Source: Candidatus Limnocylindrales bacterium (GTDB lineage Bacteria; Chloroflexota; Limnocylindria; Limnocylindrales; CSP1-4). From it: 64,000 nucleotides of DNA. Of the stretch, positions 26,860-34,803 are shown piece after piece. The stretch's first letter is position 1. Each line of letters begins with the position of its first letter. The notes beneath the pieces were generated by a model that was not told the origin of the DNA, made no database searches, and saw nothing but the letters and a program-made list of their open reading frames with translations. The DNA lies in contig JBBQJL010000003.1 of NCBI GenBank assembly GCA_038325875.1, positions 26,361 through 90,360 of the forward strand, given 5' to 3'. Made by a program: the position numbers and the translations under genes.

Positions 26860-27540
26860 TCACAGTCGCGCGAGCAGCTCAGCCTTCTTCGCGTCGTAGT
26901 CGGCAACGCTGATCGCTCCTCGGTCGCGCAGATCGGCCAACCGGTGGAGCGTGTCGGTGACCGCCTCGGGCGACATCGTAGACGCCGGCGCGCCGCTGCC
27001 GCTCCCGGCGATCGGCGCCCGAAGGGGCGGGGTCGGCATCGGCGAAGCCATCTCACGCTCGAGGGCGTACTTCGCGTTGAGCATCGTCTTCTTGAACTCG
27101 GCCGCGTCGTTCAGCATCTCGAACTTGTCGACCGTCTGCTCGGAGGCCGTCAGGACCTCCAGGTCCCCGAAGTGGAGCATCCGCCCGAACAGGCCCTGGC
27201 GGAGCACGGCGTCGTTGATCTTCTCGAGCGAGCTGTCGCGTGAGACTTTGTTGACGATGCCCTCGACCTGGATGACCCGGCGATTCGTGACGATGTAGTC
27301 CCGGAACGTCCAACTGGCGTAGCGCCACACGATCCAGCCGATGGCGCCAACGAGCGAGATGAGGGCGATCCAGGCGAGCGGCTCCCAGTCGATCATCCGA
27401 TCGAGGATGAACAAGCCGATCGAGATGGCGACCATCAGCCAGAACGCCAGGGTGTGGGCCACGATCGAGAACCAGTGCTGGCGGGTCCGGAGCAGGATGT
27501 CCTCGCCGTCAGCGATCAGTCCGTCCGCATAGCGAGCCAT
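26860..27540 (-). CDS. membrane protein with a bacterial PH (YdbS/DUF304-like) domain and a C-terminal SHOCT-like motif
   Basis: Two TMs, then YIVTNRRVIQVEGIVNKVSRDSSLEKINDAVLRQGLFGRMLHFGDLEV (bPH-like). After a Pro/Gly linker comes LADLRDRGAISVADYDAKKAELLARL (SHOCT-like). Confidence 0.7.
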   Translation of the reverse strand: MARYADGLIADGEDILLRTRQHWFSIVAHTLAFWLMVAISIGLFILDRMIDWEPLAWIALISLVGAIGWIVWRYASWTFRDYIVTNRRVIQVEGIVNKVSRDSSLEKINDAVLRQGLFGRMLHFGDLEVLTASEQTVDKFEMLNDAAEFKKTMLNAKYALEREMASPMPTPPLRAPIAGSGSGAPASTMSPEAVTDTLHRLADLRDRGAISVADYDAKKAELLARL

Positions 27541-27556
27541 GGACCGTCGCTCCTCC

Positions 27557-28486
27557 TCAGGCTCGCGGATGAGCGCGCAGGTAGACCTCCCGGATCCGCG
27601 CTCCGGTCAGGTGGGTGTACAGCTGGGTCGTGCTGATGCTGGCATGCCCCAGCAACTCCTGGACGACGCGCAGGTCGGCGCCGCCCTCGAGCAGGTGCGT
27701 CGCGAATGAGTGCCGGAGGGTGTGCGGAGTGACTCGCTCGGGCAGGCCGGCCTCGATCGAGGCATGTTTGACGATCGTCCACGCCTGCTGGCGGCCGAGG
27801 CGACGCCCATGGCCGCTCAGGAACAGCGGGCCGCCGCGGACCGGGGCCACGTGATGGAGACCGAGCCACGCCGGCCGGACTTCGTCGAGGTAACGGACGA
27901 GCCACTCCAGGGCGACCTCGCCGACGGGCACCAGGCGTTCCTTGTCGCCCTTGCCGATGACCCGCACGAAGCCGCCGTCGAGCGACAGATCCTCCCGATC
28001 GAGACCGAGTGCCTCGCTGATCCGCAGCCCGGCGGCATACAGCAGCTCGAGCAGGGCGCGGTCGCGGATCCGGATGGGCTCGTCGGGGATGCCACCGCTG
28101 GCGGCCTCGAGCAGGCGCTCCGTCTCGGCGACGTCGAGCGTCTCGGGCAGGCGCCGGACCTGCCGTGGGAGGTCGATCCGGGCGGCCAGGTCGGTCGCGA
28201 TCAGCTCGTCGCCGTAGGCGAACCGGTAAAACCCGCGGATCGAGGCCGTCCGGCGGCGCAGGCTGCTCGGCCGGATCGACGCTGCCGACCGGGCGAGATG
28301 GCGGGTCGCCGGCTCGGCCGATGTGGACCAGCCCGTCGCGACGCTTGGCGCTGCGGCGAACCCGGCCAGGTCGGTCGCGTAGGCTCGCAGCGTCGCTGGA
28401 GCGAGGCCGCGCTCGACGCGCAGGTGGAGGAAGTACGCAGCGACCGCCCGATCGAGAGCGGTCCGGGTGCCCGCGCCGGCGGTCAC
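27557..28486 (-). CDS. xerD: site-specific tyrosine recombinase XerD (Xer family)
   Basis: Contains AYFLHLRVERGLAPATLRAY, GLRISEAL, HTLRHSFATHLLEGGADLRVVQELLGHASISTTQLYTH (the R..H-R-H..Y catalytic set). XerD is preferred over XerC only because of its position next to recN. Confidence 0.85.
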   Translation of the reverse strand: MTAGAGTRTALDRAVAAYFLHLRVERGLAPATLRAYATDLAGFAAAPSVATGWSTSAEPATRHLARSAASIRPSSLRRRTASIRGFYRFAYGDELIATDLAARIDLPRQVRRLPETLDVAETERLLEAASGGIPDEPIRIRDRALLELLYAAGLRISEALGLDREDLSLDGGFVRVIGKGDKERLVPVGEVALEWLVRYLDEVRPAWLGLHHVAPVRGGPLFLSGHGRRLGRQQAWTIVKHASIEAGLPERVTPHTLRHSFATHLLEGGADLRVVQELLGHASISTTQLYTHLTGARIREVYLRAHPRA

Positions 28487-30222
28487 GCCGGGATCCGTCG
28501 CTCGCCGGGCCCCATCCGCCGCCAGGTCGCGGCCCGCTCGAGCAGCTCCTCGGCCCCGCCGACCGCGGCCGCACCACCGTCCGGGCCACCGAGCATCTGG
28601 GCCAGCTCGGTCACGCGCTCGGCGTGGTCGTCGAGACGGCGGACCTCGGTCACCGTCCGGCCGTCACGCTCGCGTTTGGCGATCCGAAAGTGGACGTCTG
28701 CGTGTGCCGCGATCTGGGGCAGATGAGTGACGCACAGGACCTGGTGGCGACGAGCCAGCGCCCACAGGCTCCGACCGACCGGGTCCGCGCTCCGACCGCC
28801 GATCCCCGTGTCGACCTCGTCGAACACGAGGGTCGGTGTCGCGTCGGCCGCCGCGAGGACTTCCTTGAGGGCGAGGGCCACCCGACTGAGCTCGCCGCCC
28901 GAGGCGATCCGGGACAGCGGACGAGGCGGCTCGCCGACGTTCGGGGCGAAGCGGAAGACGACCTCATCGATCCCGCTGGCATCGAACGCCAGGGCGTCAC
29001 CGCCGACCTCGATCGCCGGCTCACCCTGCCCTGCCGGCCGGCGACCGAGCGAGACCTCGAAGCGAACGTGATCGAAGCCGAGCTCCTCCAGGGCGACCCC
29101 GGTCGCCTCCGCCAGTCGAGTGGCGGCCTCCGCACGGAGGCCCGACAGGACCTCGGCCGCGTCGGCCACGACGGCCAGCAACGCCGCATCCTCCGCCAGC
29201 CGGTGGTCGCGCTCCCCTTCGAGCCCGCGCAGCCGGATCGCCTCAGCGGCCATCGCCTCGCCATGGGCCAGGACGGCGGCTTCGTCGTCGCCGTAGCGCC
29301 GCTCGAGCGCGAAGATCGCCGACAGTCGCTCCTCGAGGCGGGCGACGTCCGCCGGGTCGTGGTCGAGGCCCTCGACCAGGGCGCGGACCTCGGTGGCGAC
29401 ATCGGCGACCTCGGCGTCGAGGCCGTCCAGGCGCTCGGCCAGCGGTCCGAAGCGAGGATCGAACCGGGCAAGCTCACGAGCCTGATGAACGGCTCCGCCG
29501 ATCGTCTCGCGTGCCGCGGTCCCCTCGCCGCCGGAAGCGTCGCCCAGGAGCGCCGCGTGGATGGCCTCACCGCCCCGCGCGATGGCGTCACTATTCCGGG
29601 CCGCGCCAAGCCGGGCCTGGATCTCGCCGGTCTCGCCCACCCGGAGTCGTGCCGCCGCGACCTCGCCAGCCTCGTGCTCGGCGAGCTCGATCCGGCGGAC
29701 CAGCTCGCGCGGATCGACCGACAGCTCCGCCAGGGTGGCTCGGTTGGCCCGCCAGCGCTCGACCGCACCGGCCACCGCCTCACGGGCGACCCAGCAGCCG
29801 CCGTAGGCGTCGAGGAGGTCGCGCTGGACGCGCTCGTCCAGGAGGCGCTGCTGATCGTGTTGGCCGTGGACCTCGACGATCGGGCCGACCGTCTCGGCCA
29901 GGCGCGCGGCCGTGACCGCCTCGTCATCCAGCCGGGCAGTCGAGCGTCCCCCCGCCTGGACCTCGCGGACGACGATGAGCGGCTCCGGGAGGCGGTCGAA
30001 CAGCGCCTCGACCCGAGCCAGCTCTGCGCCATGCCGGACGAGGCCGGTATCGGCGCGCGCGCCCAGGGCCAGGCCGAGCGCATCGATGAGCAGGCTCTTG
30101 CCGGCGCCGGTCTCGCCGGTGATGACGTTGAGGCCAGGTCCGAGCTCGAGCCGCAGACGATCGATCAGCGCCAGGTCGACCACCGTCAGCTCGAGCAGGC
30201 GCCCGGCCGGGTCGTCGTTCAC
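28483..30222 (-). CDS. recN: DNA repair protein RecN
   Basis: 579 aa. Walker A GETGAGKSLL, a long coiled-coil middle, the SMC signature ASGGELSRVALAL, and Walker B LVFDEVDTGIGG. Confidence 0.92.
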   Translation of the reverse strand: MNDDPAGRLLELTVVDLALIDRLRLELGPGLNVITGETGAGKSLLIDALGLALGARADTGLVRHGAELARVEALFDRLPEPLIVVREVQAGGRSTARLDDEAVTAARLAETVGPIVEVHGQHDQQRLLDERVQRDLLDAYGGCWVAREAVAGAVERWRANRATLAELSVDPRELVRRIELAEHEAGEVAAARLRVGETGEIQARLGAARNSDAIARGGEAIHAALLGDASGGEGTAARETIGGAVHQARELARFDPRFGPLAERLDGLDAEVADVATEVRALVEGLDHDPADVARLEERLSAIFALERRYGDDEAAVLAHGEAMAAEAIRLRGLEGERDHRLAEDAALLAVVADAAEVLSGLRAEAATRLAEATGVALEELGFDHVRFEVSLGRRPAGQGEPAIEVGGDALAFDASGIDEVVFRFAPNVGEPPRPLSRIASGGELSRVALALKEVLAAADATPTLVFDEVDTGIGGRSADPVGRSLWALARRHQVLCVTHLPQIAAHADVHFRIAKRERDGRTVTEVRRLDDHAERVTELAQMLGGPDGGAAAVGGAEELLERAATWRRMGPGERRIPA

Positions 30223-31064
30223 GACGGCAGGAGCTCCACCTTGTGCCGCAGGAGGTCCCAGAACGGGATCGCGCCGTCCGGCTCGACGAAGCGGATCGAG
30301 CGGGCGCCGGCCGACACCTCGACGACGTCGCCGACGGACAGCGCCACGTCCTCGCGCCCGTCGATGCTGACCAATGCCTCGTAGGCATCCACGACCCGGG
30401 CGGTAACTGTCTGGGTCGGGCTGACCACGACCGAGCGGATGGCCGACAGGTAGCCCGCGATCGGGGTGACCACGAGATTGCGGCTGATCGGATCGAGGAT
30501 CGGGCCGCCGGCCGAGAACGAGTAGCCGGTCGAGCCGGTCGGGCTGGCCACGATCAGGCCGTCGGCGACGAACGTGGCCAGGTGGCTCGGGCCGATCGCC
30601 ACATCGAGCCGGACGACCCGGGCCAGAGAGCCGCGGGCCACGACCACATCGTTCAGGGCGAAGAAGGCCTTGCCGCCCGGTCGGCCGGCCGGCCGGATCA
30701 CGCCGCGCAGGCTCATCCGCTCATCGACGCTGTACTCGCCGGCGGCGATCTGGGCGAGGACGTCCTCGAGCCCGTCAGCCTCGACCTTGGACAGGAACCC
30801 GATCTTGCCAAGATTCACACCGAGCAGCGGGACGTCCACGTCGGACACCGCTCGGGCGGCACGCAGGAATGTCCCGTCCCCACCGAGGACGACCAGGATG
30901 TCCGTCGTCGGCAGCTCGCGGAGGAGCGTCTCGAACTCGCTGGACGGCGCCGACCAGTGAGCCAGCCCGCGGACCCCGCACCAGCCCTCCGCACGGTCGC
31001 GGAGCTCGTCGGCCGCGTCATTGGTCGGGTTGTAGGCGAAGCCGATCCGGGCGACAGCGGTCAT
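30219..31064 (-). CDS. nadK: NAD kinase
   Basis: Contains VVLGGDGTFLRAAR, GVNLGKIGFL, and SPTGSTGYSFSAGGPI. 4-nt overlaps at both ends. Confidence 0.9.
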   Translation of the reverse strand: MTAVARIGFAYNPTNDAADELRDRAEGWCGVRGLAHWSAPSSEFETLLRELPTTDILVVLGGDGTFLRAARAVSDVDVPLLGVNLGKIGFLSKVEADGLEDVLAQIAAGEYSVDERMSLRGVIRPAGRPGGKAFFALNDVVVARGSLARVVRLDVAIGPSHLATFVADGLIVASPTGSTGYSFSAGGPILDPISRNLVVTPIAGYLSAIRSVVVSPTQTVTARVVDAYEALVSIDGREDVALSVGDVVEVSAGARSIRFVEPDGAIPFWDLLRHKVELLPS

Positions 31065-31933
31065 CGGCCGGCGACCTCGACCAGCCGGGTGTCAGCCAGA
31101 CGATCGTCGGCCGGGGCGCCGGCGTCGGTCGGCCGATCGTCGGCCGGGGCGCCGTCATCGGCCGCGACCTCGAGGTGGAGCAGGAACTCCCGGTTGCCCT
31201 CCGGTCCGAGGATCGGCGAAGCGATCACATCGACGGCCGCGAGGCCGAGCGCGCGGGAGATCGCCACGGTCCGGCGCAGGACGTCGAGATGGATCGCCGG
31301 GTCGCGGACGACGCCCTTGTCGAGCGCGCCGCGGCCGGCCTCGAACTGCGGCTTGACCAGCGCCACCAGCGGGCCGCCGGCCGGGCCGAAACAGCCGGCG
31401 ATCGGGCCAAGGACCAGGCCGAGCGAGATGAACGAGACGTCGACGACGGCCATCGACACGATCTCCGGCAGGACCCCGGGACCGAGCGTCCGCGCGTTGG
31501 TCCGCTCGAGTGACACGACCCGAGCGTCGCGCAGGAGCACGGTCGCCAGCTGACCGCGCCCGACGTCGACGGCATACACCCGCGACGCACCTCGTTGCAG
31601 GAGGACATCGGTGAAGCCACCGGTCGACGCGCCTGCATCGAGGCAGACCCGCCCGGACGGATCGAGCCCGAAGGCGTCGAGTGCAGCCGCCAGCTTGTGC
31701 CCGCCGCGCGAGACATATGGGTCCGGGGCATCGACGGTGATGTTGGCGGTCGGGTCGACGAGGTCGCCCGACTTGAGGTCGCGGCGCGCCGAGTCGCCGA
31801 CGCCGACCCGCACCTTGCCGGCCAGGACGAGGGCCTGGGCTCGGTTGCGCGAGTCGGCCAGGCCACGCTCCACCAGCAGCTGGTCGAGTCGCTGGCGAGC
31901 CTGGCGACCCGCGGGGACGGTCTGCGCACTCAC
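31061..31933 (-). CDS. tlyA: TlyA-family rRNA (cytidine-2'-O)-methyltransferase, with a repetitive acidic C-terminal tail
   Basis: S4 domain (RLDQLLVERGLADSRNRAQALVLAGKV), SAM motif CLDAGASTGGFTDVLLQRGA, and KPQFE. Confidence 0.88.
   Translation of the reverse strand: MSAQTVPAGRQARQRLDQLLVERGLADSRNRAQALVLAGKVRVGVGDSARRDLKSGDLVDPTANITVDAPDPYVSRGGHKLAAALDAFGLDPSGRVCLDAGASTGGFTDVLLQRGASRVYAVDVGRGQLATVLLRDARVVSLERTNARTLGPGVLPEIVSMAVVDVSFISLGLVLGPIAGCFGPAGGPLVALVKPQFEAGRGALDKGVVRDPAIHLDVLRRTVAISRALGLAAVDVIASPILGPEGNREFLLHLEVAADDGAPADDRPTDAGAPADDRLADTRLVEVAGR
31102..31153. repeat. in-frame 33-bp tandem duplication inside the 3' tail of tlyA
   Basis: GATCGTCGGCCGGGGCGCC occurs at 31102-31120 and again at 31135-31153. 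It encodes GAPADDR twice. Confidence 0.8.
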
Positions 31934-32006
31934 CGGACTATCGTGGCACAGCCCGCTTCACCGCGACATATCTCCGCGTCGCCGGCGAAGATCGAGCGCG
32001 AGCCGT

Positions 32007-34091
32007 TCAGGCCTCGCGGATGACCGGCGGTCGGCGTGCCCGTGGCGCCGGCGCGCTCTCGCCGAGGGAGGTCAGCGTCTCCCGGATCTGGGCGACGATG
32101 CCGTCCACGTCGAGCCGGATGAGCGTGCGCAGGTCCGCCACGGAGCCGTGGTCGACGAAGCGATCGCCCGGGATCCCGACGATCTTGAGGGCCACATCGC
32201 GATAGGCCGGATCGGCCAGCCTGGCCTCTTCGAGCAGCTCCAGGACCGCCGACCCGAACCCGCCCGTCACGACACTCTCCTCGAGGGTCACGACCAGTCG
32301 CTTGCCGCGGGCGGCGCTCAGGATGAGCTCCGCGTCGAGCGGTTTGGCGAAGCGCGCGTTGATGACGCCGACCGACCAGCCATCGGCTGCCAGGACGCCG
32401 GCCGCGGCCATCCCCCGGGCGACGATCGGGCCGAACCCGACAATGACGACGTCCGAGCCGGCCCGCAGGGTCTCGGCGCGACCGATCGGCAGGACCTTCG
32501 GAGGGACCGGGGGCAGGTCGAACCCGGGATCGCGCGGATAGTGGAGCGCGAATGGATGGTCCTGGGCGAACGCGGTATGGAGCAGGGAGCGGAGCTCCTG
32601 CTCGTCCTTCGGGCTGGCGATGACGAGGTGCGGGATCTGGCGCTGGGCGGGCAGGGTGAACATCCCCTGGTGGCTCGTGCCATCCTCGCCGACCAGCCCG
32701 GAACGATCGACCGCGAGGACCACCGGCTGATCGTTCTGGCAGGCGTCGTGGACGGTCTGATCGAATGCCCGCTGGAGGAACGTGGAGTAGATCGCCACGA
32801 CGGGGCGCTCGCCGCCCATGGCCAACCCAGTCGCCATCGCCACAGCGTGCTGCTCGGCGATCCCAACGTCGAAGAATCGCTCCGGGAACTCCGCCTGGAA
32901 GCGGTTCAGGCCGGTCCCTGTCGGCATCCCCGCGGTGATCGCCACGATCCGCCGGTCCGCCCGGGCCAGCTCGACCAGCTCGGCGCTGAAGTAGGCCGTG
33001 TAGTTGGGTGACTTCTTCGGCGCGTCCGGGCGGACGGTCGCCGGAGTGGCGTCGTCGGCCATCCCCGGGTCGTGGACCGGCCGCCCGGAACCAGCCGTCC
33101 CGTTTGCGGCGACACGGTCGTTCACGGTGCCCTTGGCGGTCGCCCCGTTGCTGCCGTTGGAGCGCGCCTCGTAGGCGTCGGTCATCGGCGGCAGGGCGGC
33201 ACCGTGGAACCCGATCTGGTCCGTCTCGGCAGGGCGGTAGCCGCGCCCCTTCTGGGTCCGGACGTGGACGATGACCGGTTCGTGCAGCTCGAGCGCCTGG
33301 GCGAAGGTCCGCTCGAGGGCCTGCAGGTCGTGGCCCGGGACCACCCCGACATAGGTGATCCCGAGATCCTCGAAGAGCTGGCCCGGCTGGGCGAAGTTGA
33401 CCACGGACTTGCGGAACCGGCGCGACAGCTCGAGCGCAGTCTCACCGATGACCGGCAGTCGTTCGATGGCTCGGTCGTAGGCAGTCCGGCTCTGCTGCCA
33501 GGCCGGCGACAGCTTGATCTGGCTGAGGTACTTGCTGAAGGCCCCCACCGTCGGACTGATCGACATCTCGTTATCGTTCAGGACGATCAGCATCTGGGTG
33601 CCGCGGTGGCCGATGTCGTTGAGCGCCTCGAGGCTGAGCCCGCTCATCAGGGCCGCGTCGCCGACGACCACGGCGACCCGCTCGAAACTGTGGCGCAGGT
33701 CGCGCGCTTCGGCCAGACCCTGGGCGATCGACAGGCCGGTCCCGGCGTGGCCACCGTCGAATACGTCGTGGGGGGATTCGCTCCGACGCGGGAAGCCGCC
33801 CACCCCGTCGAGCTGGCGGAGCGTCCCGAACCGTTCGAGACGGCCGGTCAGGAGCTTGTGCGGATACGCCTGGTGGCCGGTATCCCAGACGATCTTGTCC
33901 CGTGGCGACTGGAGCAGACGGTGCAGCGTGATCGTCAGCTCGACGACACCGAGCGACGAGCCGAGGTGGCCGCCGGTCGTGGCGACCGTCGAGATGATGA
34001 CCTCGCGGATCTCCTCTGCGAGGTGCTCGAGCTGAGCCTCGTCGAGGCCGCGCAGATCGGCCGGACCGTGAAGATCCGAGAGGATGGACAT
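32007..34091 (-). CDS. dxs: 1-deoxy-D-xylulose-5-phosphate synthase
   Basis: I prefer ATG at 34091 (MSILSDLHGPADLRGL). Contains GGHLGSSLGVVELTITLH, the TPP motif GDAALMSGLSLEALN, VVLNDNEMSIS, DVGIAEQHAV, and DGTSHQG. Confidence 0.93.
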   Translation of the reverse strand: MSILSDLHGPADLRGLDEAQLEHLAEEIREVIISTVATTGGHLGSSLGVVELTITLHRLLQSPRDKIVWDTGHQAYPHKLLTGRLERFGTLRQLDGVGGFPRRSESPHDVFDGGHAGTGLSIAQGLAEARDLRHSFERVAVVVGDAALMSGLSLEALNDIGHRGTQMLIVLNDNEMSISPTVGAFSKYLSQIKLSPAWQQSRTAYDRAIERLPVIGETALELSRRFRKSVVNFAQPGQLFEDLGITYVGVVPGHDLQALERTFAQALELHEPVIVHVRTQKGRGYRPAETDQIGFHGAALPPMTDAYEARSNGSNGATAKGTVNDRVAANGTAGSGRPVHDPGMADDATPATVRPDAPKKSPNYTAYFSAELVELARADRRIVAITAGMPTGTGLNRFQAEFPERFFDVGIAEQHAVAMATGLAMGGERPVVAIYSTFLQRAFDQTVHDACQNDQPVVLAVDRSGLVGEDGTSHQGMFTLPAQRQIPHLVIASPKDEQELRSLLHTAFAQDHPFALHYPRDPGFDLPPVPPKVLPIGRAETLRAGSDVVIVGFGPIVARGMAAAGVLAADGWSVGVINARFAKPLDAELILSAARGKRLVVTLEESVVTGGFGSAVLELLEEARLADPAYRDVALKIVGIPGDRFVDHGSVADLRTLIRLDVDGIVAQIRETLTSLGESAPAPRARRPPVIREA

Positions 34092-34291
34092 CGGGCGGAG
34101 TCTACCTCGGGGTGGGGGATGTGCGGCGCCGATCACCGGTCACCTCGGCCGCTCGGCTGCTCGGTTCGCTCAGTCGCTTGATCCCACCCCCGGTGGTGAT
34201 CCAGGCCCTTTGCATGCTCACTCAAGGCATCACCTGCGTCGTTCCGAGCACCGACCGAGCGTGCAGGCGCGTGATCCGGCCACTCCGGGTG

Positions 34292-34385
34292 GTGGCGAGG
34301 GCGCCGTGGCGAGGGCGCCGTGGCGAGGGCGCGGGCGCGGTGGCGAGGCGGCGCGGTGGCGAGGGCGTGGCCGAGCGGCGGGCGC
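34292..34385. repeat. tandem GTGGCGAGG(G)CG-type repeat, five copies with a 14-20 nt period, intergenic between xseB and dxs
   Basis: Read directly. GTGGCGAGGGCGCC appears twice, then GTGGCGAGGGCGCGGGCGCG, GTGGCGAGGCGGCGCG and GTGGCGAGGGCGTGGCCGAGCGG. Confidence 0.75.
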
Positions 34386-34667
34386 TCAGGAACCCTCGTC
34401 GGTCGGTTTGAGCTCGAGGGCCTCGATCGCCCCGCCGGCCCGCTCGACCAGCCGGCTTACCCGGAGCTCGGCGTCGGCCAGCAGGGCAGCACAGCGCTCG
34501 TGGAGGGCCACACCACGCTCGTATAGCGCGATCGATGCCTCGAGCGGCGTCCCGCCCGCCTCGAGCGCAGCGACGACCATCTGGAGGTCGGCCAGTGCCT
34601 GGTCGAAGGTCAGGCCGGCGGGATCTGGGGCGCTCGATCCGGTCGGCTCAGGGCTGGCGGTCGTCAC
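34386..34667 (-). CDS. xseB: exodeoxyribonuclease VII small subunit
   Basis: Contains LTFDQALADLQMVVAALEAGGTPLEASIALYERGVALHERC. I prefer GTG at 34667, preceded by GAGGAG, over the track ATG at 34742. Confidence 0.8.
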   Translation of the reverse strand: MTTASPEPTGSSAPDPAGLTFDQALADLQMVVAALEAGGTPLEASIALYERGVALHERCAALLADAELRVSRLVERAGGAIEALELKPTDEGS

Positions 34668-34803
34668 CGGTCTCCTCGGGGGTCGGCGCGTCGTCGCCGC
34701 GCTCCACGAGCCGGCCGATCCGCGGCGCGAGGAGCATACCAAGTGCGATGCCAGCGGCCCCGGCCACGACGACGACGCCGACCAGGACCACCAGATCGCC
34801 CAT
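34648..34803 (-). CDS. candidate 51-aa single-pass membrane micro-protein between xseA and xseB
   Basis: Not in the track (below 60 aa). The ATG at 34803 shares one base with the xseA TGA. It translates to MGDLVVLVGVVVVAGAAGIALGMLLAPRIGRLVERGDDAPTPEETGDDRQP, with G/C in nearly every third position. Confidence 0.4.
   Translation of the reverse strand: MGDLVVLVGVVVVAGAAGIALGMLLAPRIGRLVERGDDAPTPEETGDDRQP

Noticed and set aside
34092-34385. TPP riboswitch in the dxs leader (CTGAGC and CCTGGATCACC strings on the minus strand).
   Set aside because: The elements are in the wrong order relative to the THI-box consensus (CTGAGA must precede ACCTGATCTGGATAATGCCAGCG). The conserved pyrimidine-sensing helix cannot be drawn.
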